Source: Vulcanimicrobiota bacterium
GTDB taxonomy: Bacteria; Vulcanimicrobiota; Vulcanimicrobiia; Vulcanimicrobiales; Vulcanimicrobiaceae
Assembly: GCA_003133025.1 (NCBI GenBank)
Contig: PKZK01000216.1
Location: 1 to 23,610 of the forward strand
Reading direction: 5' to 3'
Length of the DNA stretch: 23,610 nt
The position numbers and the translations under genes were made by a program. Positions 7,478 to 14,764 of the stretch are shown here, piece after piece. The notes beneath the pieces were generated by a model. It ran no database searches. It was not told the origin of the DNA and saw only the letters and a program-made list of their open reading frames with translations. Positions within the stretch are counted from its first letter, which is position 1. The number at the start of each line of letters is the position of its first letter.

Positions 7478-9129
7478 AGCTTCTCGGGCGTATCGCTGCG
7501 CTCGCGCTGGCCGGCGTTTGCGGACTCGCAGGCTGCTCGAAAGTCGGCACGAGCTCCGAGGCAGGCGGTGCGGCGGGCGGGGGTAATCCGTGGACGCAGC
7601 ACGGCGTGTTACGCATCGGCAATCTACAAGAGCCCGATACGCTCGATCCCGAAGTCGGTAACCAGCAGATCGACTCCGACTTGGCCATGCTCTGGGGCGG
7701 GTTCTTTTTCAACTGGAGCGACCAGAATCAGTACGTGCCCGAATTGGCGACGGAGCTGCCCACCCTGCAAAACGGCGGCATCTCCAAAGACGGCCGCACC
7801 ATTACCTACCATCTGCGACGCGGCGTGACGTGGCACGACGGCGCGCCCTTCGACGCGCGCGACGTGATCTTCACCTGGCACGCGATCATGAACAAGTCCA
7901 ATAACATCCCCTCGACGGTGGGCTTCGACTTAGTCACCGCGATCGACCAGGTCGATCCGTTTACCATCCGCGTCCATCTCAAGCAGAGTTGGGCGCCCTT
8001 CGTGGCCACGTTCTTCAACCAATCCGGAACGCCGTTCCCGGTGCTGCCGGCGCACATTCTGGCCAAGTACCCGAATATCAATCAGGTGCCGTACAATTCG
8101 CAACCGATCGGTACGGGCCCCTTTAGCGTGCAACGCTGGCAGCGCGGATCGAAGATCGTGTTCGAGGCTAACCCGCACTATTGGCGCGGCGCGCCGAAGC
8201 TCAAGCGCATCGAGTACGATCCGGTGCCCAATGAAAATACGATCGTGACGCTCATTCAATCGCACGAGATCGACCTCGAATACAACGGTTCCGCGGCAAA
8301 TTGGCAACAGCTCAAGAGCGTGCCCGGCACGCGGGCCACGCTGACCGATTTCAACCAGTTCGGCCAACTCGCGCTCAACACGAGCTCGCCGCTCCTGGCC
8401 GACGTCAGCGTCCGCAAGGCGCTGTGGTACGCCCTCGATTCGCCCGGCATCATCGAACGCGTGTCGCACGGCGTGAACGTACCCGGCTATACCGACCAAC
8501 CTTCGTTTTCGTGGGCCTACAATCCGAACGTCACGCACTACAACTACGATCCCGCCAAAGCGAGGCAACTGCTGGACGCAGCCGGCTGGAAGCCGGGGGC
8601 TGACGGTATACGCACCAAGAACGGCACGCGTCTGTCGATCACGCTCGCGGGCGTGAGCGGTTCGGCCAACGGCACCGCGGTCGCCGTACAGGCCCAACGC
8701 TATTGGAAAGACGTCGGCGTCGAGGCCGAGGTGAAGAACTACACCACCTCGCTATTCTTCGCATCGTACGGTGCGGGCGGCATCGTGCAGACGGGCAAGT
8801 TCGATGCGGCGTTCTTCTCGTGGGTCGGCGGCACGGATCCCGACGACTCGACCTTGATCATGTGCGATCAGTTTCCGCCGAATGGCCAAAACGTGTACCA
8901 TTTCTGCAACAAGACGCTCGACGCGGCCGAACGCGTCGCGCTGGCCAGCAACGACCGCGCCGTGCGCAAGAAGGCCTACGATCGGGTGCAGGCGATCATG
9001 GCCGACCAAGTGCCTCTCGTCATAAGTTGGTACGTGCGCCGCATTACCGTCGAAAACACCGACCTCAAGAACTACAAGCCCGCGCACGCGGTGACGCCGT
9101 TCTGGAACTCGTGGGAGTGGGAGATCTGA
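7474..9129 (+). CDS. ABC transporter substrate-binding lipoprotein, family 5 (OppA/DppA-like)
   Basis: Start GTG 7474 (GTGA overlap with the adh stop). Lipobox LAGC and motifs EPDTLDP, PELA...ISKDGRTITYHLRRGVTWHDG.PF...DV.FT, PIGTGPF and YDPAKARQLLDAAGW. Confidence 0.92.
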   Translation: MKLLGRIAALALAGVCGLAGCSKVGTSSEAGGAAGGGNPWTQHGVLRIGNLQEPDTLDPEVGNQQIDSDLAMLWGGFFFNWSDQNQYVPELATELPTLQNGGISKDGRTITYHLRRGVTWHDGAPFDARDVIFTWHAIMNKSNNIPSTVGFDLVTAIDQVDPFTIRVHLKQSWAPFVATFFNQSGTPFPVLPAHILAKYPNINQVPYNSQPIGTGPFSVQRWQRGSKIVFEANPHYWRGAPKLKRIEYDPVPNENTIVTLIQSHEIDLEYNGSAANWQQLKSVPGTRATLTDFNQFGQLALNTSSPLLADVSVRKALWYALDSPGIIERVSHGVNVPGYTDQPSFSWAYNPNVTHYNYDPAKARQLLDAAGWKPGADGIRTKNGTRLSITLAGVSGSANGTAVAVQAQRYWKDVGVEAEVKNYTTSLFFASYGAGGIVQTGKFDAAFFSWVGGTDPDDSTLIMCDQFPPNGQNVYHFCNKTLDAAERVALASNDRAVRKKAYDRVQAIMADQVPLVISWYVRRITVENTDLKNYKPAHAVTPFWNSWEWEI

Positions 9130-9206
9130 GCGCGCACTAGACGACCGCGCCGTCGCGCGTGATGGAAGAGACACAGAGAGTCCATCGCCCGAGAGGAGTA
9201 GTCGAC

Positions 9207-9908
9207 ATGTATGCTTCGCCCAGCGCGCCTTCGGCGGCGCGCGAGCCTTACGCCGGGCTGACGCCGTCCGGTCCGGCGGCGGCCGGTCCGTCCCAGTCGA
9301 GCGCGTCGTCCGGCGCAGCGGCCGGGGATGCGGATTCGATCGCGCCGCCCGTCGCACAGATTGCCGACGGCGCGGGTGCGATTCCGGGCTCGCCCATGCA
9401 GGGCATGCTCGCGGTGTTCGGCGACTTCTTGCGCGCCGCGTTCGAGCAACTCGGACAGATGCTCGCGGGTCTCGTCGCGCCGGGCGGCGGCCCGGGCGGC
9501 GGCGCGCCGCCTGGATTCGAGCCGGCGCAGCTTCAGGCGGGGACGCCCGGCGACGGTGGAGCACCGGGCGACGGCGGCGCGGGCGGCGTGGCCTTCGCGC
9601 CGCAGCCGGCCGGCGACGGAGCGGTTCCCGACCCGCAGGCTTCGGGCGCGCCGGCGCATCGCGCGCACCGTCATCCACGCGCGGCCGGTCAAGAGCACGT
9701 GCATCATCGCGCGCACGGTACCCGCGGCGGCGCCGCAGAGGGGCCGCTGCGCCCGGGACAACGTCTCGACTTGGGCCAAGGGGAGAGCGTGATGCGCACG
9801 CGAGACGGCTCCCTCGAAATAACGGTCGGCCCCGGAGCCGCGCGCCCCGTCGACATCGCACCGCCGCCCGAGGTCGATTCTTCGCAGCTACCCGGCGGTC
9901 TGCTATAA
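9207..9908 (+). CDS. Hypothetical Gly/Pro/Ala-rich protein with a His-rich patch
   Basis: GAGGAG SD 8 nt before ATG 9207. It fills the gap between two plus-strand genes. No family motif recognised. Confidence 0.65.
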   Translation: MYASPSAPSAAREPYAGLTPSGPAAAGPSQSSASSGAAAGDADSIAPPVAQIADGAGAIPGSPMQGMLAVFGDFLRAAFEQLGQMLAGLVAPGGGPGGGAPPGFEPAQLQAGTPGDGGAPGDGGAGGVAFAPQPAGDGAVPDPQASGAPAHRAHRHPRAAGQEHVHHRAHGTRGGAAEGPLRPGQRLDLGQGESVMRTRDGSLEITVGPGAARPVDIAPPPEVDSSQLPGGLL

Positions 9909-9927
9909 GGCTTCCCGAGCCCTCCTG

Positions 9928-11337
9928 ATGCCGTCGGGGTACGTCAGTCCGCTGAGCCCGCTCTTGCTGGCAGCGCTCATCCTCACCGCATGGGAGATGG
10001 CCGGCCGCGGATTGCGCGCGCTGCGCGGCAACAGGCCGCGCATCTCGCGTTTGGCAGTCGGCGTGTCGGCGCTCGCATTGCCCATCGCCTTTGCGGGGCA
10101 GTTGCTCCTCTTGCAATATCAGAGCGGCCACGACGGGCCGCGACCCGATTGGGTGGGCTACGCTCCGCTGCTCGTAGCGTATCCGGGCGTGCAACTCGGT
10201 CCGTTGCACCCGGCGTTCTCACTCGGCGCGCTGATCCTGGCGATCGTACAAACGGCGGCGCTCGCCGGCTTCGTGGCCGCATTGCTGCAGCACGACGAGA
10301 TCGCGAATGACCCGGCGCGACGCCTGGCGCGCACGCTGACGCCGTACGTCGCCGGCGTGCTCGGGCTGCTCGCGCTGTGGTCGCCTGCCGTCTCGTCTTC
10401 CGACATCTTCGGATACGTGGGTCTCGGCATGCTCGGTCCGCATCCGTTCGATCGTCCCGAGCATTTCTTCAGCGGCGAATTTGCGCATTTCTTCGACGCG
10501 CGGCCGGTTGCGCCGACGATATACGGACCGCTCTGGACGGCGGTGAACGCCGCCGTCGTCGCGCCCGGATCGAGTTTTTTCGCGAAGGTCATGCTGCTGC
10601 GCGTCGAGGGCTTTCTCTCGTTCGCGGTGTTGAGCGCACTCGTGCACCGCGTGACGAAGTCGTCCCCGCTGACCGCCGCCGTGCTGCTCAACCCATTTCT
10701 CTGGTATCAATTCGTGACCAACGCGCACAACGATATTCTCGGCATCGTCTTGCTCGTGGGTGCGGTCGCCCTGACAAGCCGAGGACGAGCCGCGATCGCC
10801 GTGCCGGTGGTGGCCGCTGCAGGCTTGGTGAAGTTTCCGCTGCTGCTCGTCGGTGCAGTCGTCTTTGCGCGCGAAGGTCCGCGCCGGGCCGTGGCCTATG
10901 CGCTGTCGGCGATCGTGCTGTGTCTGGTATGCTCGGCGGTGTTCGGTGGCAAGGCGTACGTCGATGCCTTGCTCGTCACCGGTCAGCTCACCGCCGATAC
11001 CTCGCCGCTCTTTAAGGACCTCAAACTCGCGATCGCACTCTGCAGCGTGGTGCTCACGGCGTTCGTGTTGTTGCGCGGACGGTTTCCGGGGTTCGGGGGC
11101 TTCGTATATCCCGCGATCGCGCCCATCTTTTTTCCCTGGTACCTGGCCTGGGCGCTGCCGTATGCGCTCGCCGCGCGCAGGGGTGCGCTCGCGACCGCGC
11201 TCGCGCTGCCGGTGCTGGGCGTGCTCGGCGACGGCCTCTACGGTTTCCACGGCTTCACCCTGGTGATTCCGCTGGCCGCTCTGGCCTGGGTGGTCTGGTC
11301 CGCACTCCCGCGCCCGACGCTGCGGGCCGTTCGCTAG
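9928..11337 (+). CDS. GT-C fold polytopic membrane glycosyltransferase, MptA/MptB (GT87-like) type; paralog 1
   Basis: About 10-12 hydrophobic helices. Motifs SSDIFGY, YGPLW, LLNP...NAHND, GLVK.P and FPWY..W, as in polyprenol-phosphomannose-dependent mannosyltransferases. Confidence 0.75.
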   Translation: MPSGYVSPLSPLLLAALILTAWEMAGRGLRALRGNRPRISRLAVGVSALALPIAFAGQLLLLQYQSGHDGPRPDWVGYAPLLVAYPGVQLGPLHPAFSLGALILAIVQTAALAGFVAALLQHDEIANDPARRLARTLTPYVAGVLGLLALWSPAVSSSDIFGYVGLGMLGPHPFDRPEHFFSGEFAHFFDARPVAPTIYGPLWTAVNAAVVAPGSSFFAKVMLLRVEGFLSFAVLSALVHRVTKSSPLTAAVLLNPFLWYQFVTNAHNDILGIVLLVGAVALTSRGRAAIAVPVVAAAGLVKFPLLLVGAVVFAREGPRRAVAYALSAIVLCLVCSAVFGGKAYVDALLVTGQLTADTSPLFKDLKLAIALCSVVLTAFVLLRGRFPGFGGFVYPAIAPIFFPWYLAWALPYALAARRGALATALALPVLGVLGDGLYGFHGFTLVIPLAALAWVVWSALPRPTLRAVR

Positions 11338-11544
11338 CGCCGCTGCCGGCGGCTCGCTAACGCCGCCGCATCGTGCGGTCGATGTTGTAAGGGTGGAAGG
11401 CTCCGCTGCAAGGATGCAGGGCTCTCTGAGCCCACAGAGCCGTCGCCCGAGGCTTGCGGTATTTCTCACCGCATCGCTTCTCGTGGGGCTTCCTTTGGCG
11501 TTCCCGGTCTCGGGCCCGCGAAGCTTGGGTACTGAAGTATTGCG

Positions 11545-12114
11545 ATGGGCCTGATGGAAGCCGGGGCCCGACCGAGCCTGGACGATCGATCGCTGGTCGA
11601 GGGTTTCGTTGCGCGCCGGACCGATGCGTTCGTTGGGCTCTGCGAAGCCTACGCCGTCGAGATGTGTTCCATCGCACACCACGTGCTGCGCGACCGCGCC
11701 TGGGCCGAAGATTGCGTGCACGACGCGCTCTTGCGCCTGTGGCGCAGCCCCGGGGCGTACTTGCCCGAGCGTGGTTCGCTTCGCGCGTTTTTGCTCGTGT
11801 GCGTGCGCAACGAGGCGCTCGATCAATTGCGCGGAGCCAACCTGCGCGCGGCAAGCGAACTGAAGTCGCACGGCCTCGAACTTCCGGCCACGGAGATTCG
11901 GCTGCTCGATCCCGTCGACGCGGCGCAGGTGCGCGATGCGATCGCGGCGTTGCCCGACGAGCAGCGCGACGCACTGTTGCGCGCGTACTACAAGAACCGC
12001 TCCCTGGTGCAGATCGCGGAAGAGACGCAATCCTCGCCGGGCACGGTGAAGAATCGCGTGACGGCGGCCTTGGTCAAGTTCACCGGCGAGTTCGCTCGAG
12101 CGCTCAAATCGTGA
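11545..12114 (+). CDS. ECF RNA polymerase sigma factor (sigma-70 group 4, SigK-like)
   Basis: Region 2: AEDCVHDALLRLW...YLPERGSLRAFL...RNEALDQLR. Region 4: ALPDEQRDALLRAYY...QIAEET...GTVKNR. Confidence 0.92.
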   Translation: MGLMEAGARPSLDDRSLVEGFVARRTDAFVGLCEAYAVEMCSIAHHVLRDRAWAEDCVHDALLRLWRSPGAYLPERGSLRAFLLVCVRNEALDQLRGANLRAASELKSHGLELPATEIRLLDPVDAAQVRDAIAALPDEQRDALLRAYYKNRSLVQIAEETQSSPGTVKNRVTAALVKFTGEFARALKS

Positions 12115-12878
12115 GTCACGCCGGCGACGCCGCGGAACTGCACGCGCTCGGATTGCTCGACCCGGAGGAGCGGGCGATGTTGGAACGGCACATCGTGGGC
12201 TGTCCGGAGTGTCTGCGCCGCGTCGGCCAGGCCGAGGAGAGCGTCGCGCATATGGCGTCGGCACTGCCCTGGACGGAGCCGTCGGCCGAACTCTTCGCGC
12301 GTCTGAACGACGTGCCGCGCATGGTTGCGAGCGCGCGCGCCGCCTTACCGCAGGCGCCGCTCGGCCTCGGCGAAGACGTGAGTGCCGGGCCCGCGCAACG
12401 CATGACGGCGCGCTGGGAAGCCGAGCGCCGCCGGAGTGCGCGCCTGCAGTTGCGCTCGTACGTTGCGGCGTTGGCGCTCGTGGCCGCAATCGTCGGCCTG
12501 GCGTTCGCGGGGTTCCGAATCGTTGAATTCGAAGCCGCTTTACGCGGCGACGACATCGCGTTGCGCGGCGATGAGACCGCGCTGCGACTGATGGCGCGAA
12601 TGCCTTTTGTCGTCCTCGAGCTGACGCCGCAATCCGATCTCGCGCCCAAGGCCAAGTTGCTCTATGCTCGAGACGGGAGTTGGGCCTACGTGCTCATCGA
12701 GGGTAATGCGGACCGCTTGCACGTCGGCCTCACGCGCGGCGGCAAGGAGCAAGATCTCGGTCCCCCGGTTCAGCGTGGCGACGTTGCCTCGCTGTTGGTG
12801 GCCCAGCCCGGCAAAGCGCAGCGCGTGTCGCTTCGCGACCCCTCCGGAATCGTGGCGTCGGCTGCATTGAAGCCGTAA
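12111..12878 (+). CDS. Anti-sigma factor with zinc-binding ZAS (zf-HC2) domain, TM helix and C-terminal extracytoplasmic domain
   Basis: GTG 12111 overlaps the sigma stop (GTGA). LHALGLLDPEE...HIVGCPEC gives HxxxCxxC. TM segment YVAALALVAAIVGLAFAGF. Confidence 0.9.
   Translation: MSHAGDAAELHALGLLDPEERAMLERHIVGCPECLRRVGQAEESVAHMASALPWTEPSAELFARLNDVPRMVASARAALPQAPLGLGEDVSAGPAQRMTARWEAERRRSARLQLRSYVAALALVAAIVGLAFAGFRIVEFEAALRGDDIALRGDETALRLMARMPFVVLELTPQSDLAPKAKLLYARDGSWAYVLIEGNADRLHVGLTRGGKEQDLGPPVQRGDVASLLVAQPGKAQRVSLRDPSGIVASAALKP
12537..12587 (+). repeat. Degenerate 21-nt tandem repeat encoding ALRGDDI-ALRGDET-ALR
   Basis: GCTTTACGCGGCGACGACATC / GCGTTGCGCGGCGATGAGACC / GCGCTGCGA, immediately after the anti-sigma TM helix. 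Confidence 0.7.
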
Positions 12879-12887
12879 CGGCCGCGC

Positions 12888-14258
12888 ATGGAGATATTCC
12901 GACGCTGGGAAGCGATCGAGCGGCGTCTCCCCGCCTGGTTCGAACGCGGCGCGGCGCGCGTGCCGAAGGCTGCGGTGGCGCTCGGGGGTGTGCTGCTCGT
13001 GGCAGGCTTCGCGGCGCAACTCGCGCTCCTCGCGTATCAGGCCGGACACGACGGCGTGCGGCCTGGCTGGTTCTCCACGCTGCCGTACGCGCTCGTCGAT
13101 GACGCGGCTCCATTCGGCGGCGCGCACCCGCAAATCTCGTTCGCGGCCCTCGCGTTCGTGCTGGTGCAGAGCCTCGGACTGACGGCGGTGGTCGCCGCCT
13201 TCGTGCCGGAACGCTCGCGTGCGGATCGAGATGCGGCTTGGGCGCTCGTACTTTGCGCGGCGGGAGCACTCGGCGCGTTCGCGCTGTTCGCACCGGCGAT
13301 CGGTTCTTCGGACATGTTCGGCTACGTGGGCCTCGGTTTGCTCGGCGCGCACCCCTTCGAGCGGCCGGCACATTTCTTCACCGGCGAATACGCGCGGTTT
13401 TTCGCGTCGTACCCGCTGCGGCCGACGGTGTACGGACCGCTCTGGATCGGGCTGAACGCGGCGCTCGTCAGCCTCGGCGGCACGTTCGCCGCAAAGCTCT
13501 TCGTGCTCCGCGCGTTCGGCGCGACGCAGCTACTCGCGCTCGCCGCCCTCGTGTGGAGCCTCGCGCGATCGCGGGCGTTGACCGCGGCCGTGCTGCTCAA
13601 TCCCATGCTCTGGTTGCAGTTCGTGGTCAACGCGCACAACGACCTGATGGCCGTCACGCTCGTTGCCGGCGGCGTGGCGCTCGTCGCGCGCCGGCACACG
13701 GGTTGGGCGATCGCTGCGATCGCCGCAGCGGGCCTGGTAAAGCTGCCGTTTCTCCTCTTGGGTGTGGTCGCGTTCGGCCGCGAGGGCCGGCGTCGCGCGC
13801 TGCTCTCTGCCGGAAGCGCTGTGGCCGTGTGCGTCGCGATCTCGGCCGTGTTCGGTGGCAAACCGTACCTCGACGCGCTCTTGACGACCACGGCGCAGCG
13901 GGGCATCGACATGGACCCCGTCTTGCAGGCGAGCAAGATCGTCATGGCGCTCACGCCGGTGTTCGTCACGGCCTACGTGCTGCTCAAGGGGCGCTATCCG
14001 GCTTTCGGCGGCTGGCTCTATCCGGCGCTAGCGCCGATTCTCTTCCCGTGGTACCTGGTGTGGGCCGTGCCGTACGCGCTCGCAGCCCGGGCCGGAGCGC
14101 TCCTCACGCTGCTCGCCCTGCCCCTGGTCGCGACCTTGGTGGATACGATCTACGACCTGCACGTGGTGGCCCTGGCCCTCTTCGCCCTGGGCATGGCCGG
14201 CCTGCTCGCGGCGGTCGCCCGGCAAGCTCCGGAGGCACTCGAGCCCGCGAGCGGATGA
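12888..14258 (+). CDS. GT-C fold polytopic membrane glycosyltransferase, MptA/MptB (GT87-like) type; paralog 2
   Basis: Motifs SSDMFGY, YGPLW, LLNP...NAHND, GLVKLP and FPWYLVW. Colinear similarity to 9928..11337 along almost the whole length. Confidence 0.75.
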   Translation: MEIFRRWEAIERRLPAWFERGAARVPKAAVALGGVLLVAGFAAQLALLAYQAGHDGVRPGWFSTLPYALVDDAAPFGGAHPQISFAALAFVLVQSLGLTAVVAAFVPERSRADRDAAWALVLCAAGALGAFALFAPAIGSSDMFGYVGLGLLGAHPFERPAHFFTGEYARFFASYPLRPTVYGPLWIGLNAALVSLGGTFAAKLFVLRAFGATQLLALAALVWSLARSRALTAAVLLNPMLWLQFVVNAHNDLMAVTLVAGGVALVARRHTGWAIAAIAAAGLVKLPFLLLGVVAFGREGRRRALLSAGSAVAVCVAISAVFGGKPYLDALLTTTAQRGIDMDPVLQASKIVMALTPVFVTAYVLLKGRYPAFGGWLYPALAPILFPWYLVWAVPYALAARAGALLTLLALPLVATLVDTIYDLHVVALALFALGMAGLLAAVARQAPEALEPASG

Positions 14259-14287
14259 GAACGGGCGAAGCAAGCGAACCTCCCCCC

Positions 14288-14713
14288 ATGCCTATCCCGA
14301 TCGACGTGGTTCACGAGCGAAGCTTCTCCGGTACTCGCCGCCGCATGTATCAGCTCCTCACCGAAATGGGAACCTCGGGCGACGCCATCTGGCCCTTCGC
14401 CTCGCAACCCTTTATGCGCAGCCCCGGTCCCCTGACCCCGGGCCGAACCGAGGAATGGCACAGCGGCGTCCATGCCGTCCTAGAAGAGGCGGTACCGGAA
14501 GACCGGATCGTGTGGCGCTTTCAAAACGAGGGCGTCGACGGCACGCACGGCTTCTACCTGACCTCCGACGAGAAGCGGACCAAACTGACGCACCGGGTGA
14601 TCGCCACGCTCTCGGATACCGAGGGTCGCCTCTTCTGGCGGCGCTTCGAGGACTCGCACGCCCGTACGATGGACGCCCTCTTTGCCAAGCTGGAGCGCGT
14701 GCTCAAGCGCTGA
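14288..14713 (+). CDS. SRPBCC/START-like small protein
   Basis: 141 aa from ATG 14288 (alternative ATG 14255 overlapping the upstream stop). The pattern EAVPEDRIVW.F...GTHGF.L...TKLTHRV and a C-terminal helix FAKLERVL fit the helix-grip fold. Confidence 0.65.
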   Translation: MPIPIDVVHERSFSGTRRRMYQLLTEMGTSGDAIWPFASQPFMRSPGPLTPGRTEEWHSGVHAVLEEAVPEDRIVWRFQNEGVDGTHGFYLTSDEKRTKLTHRVIATLSDTEGRLFWRRFEDSHARTMDALFAKLERVLKR

Positions 14714-14764
14714 GGAATCGACGCGCCGCAAGCATTTCCCGGCCTGCGCGGTGAATCTCCGGGC

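Noticed and set aside
8752..10209. 485-aa minus-strand ORF and the nested 9072..9779 ORF
   Set aside because: Overlaps the SBP, orphan and GT-C genes in antisense, with Arg/Ala-rich shadow composition.
11399..11515. Match to a known riboswitch (glycine, c-di-GMP, cobalamin, SAM, TPP, FMN)
   Set aside because: The minus-strand CGCCAAAGGAAGC loosely recalls the glycine aptamer, but the GGAGAG and CTCTCAGG elements and the other families' cores are absent. Kept only as an unknown structured candidate.
11454..12110. Apparent 474-aa anti-sigma with a long N-terminus
   Set aside because: An off-frame overlap with the sigma gene. The ZAS domain begins at GTG 12111.
10219..12489. 756-aa minus-strand ORF
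   Set aside because: Antisense to the well-supported GT-C, sigma and anti-sigma genes. It is Arg-rich with no motifs, a typical high-GC shadow ORF.
13238..14254. Apparent 491-aa ORF ending in the SRPBCC-like domain
   Set aside because: The upstream part is an off-frame shadow of GT-C paralog 2.
9928..14258. Composite transposon or recent direct-repeat insertion carrying the ECF pair
   Set aside because: The flanking paralogues are well diverged at the DNA level, and no transposase, terminal inverted repeats or target duplication were seen.
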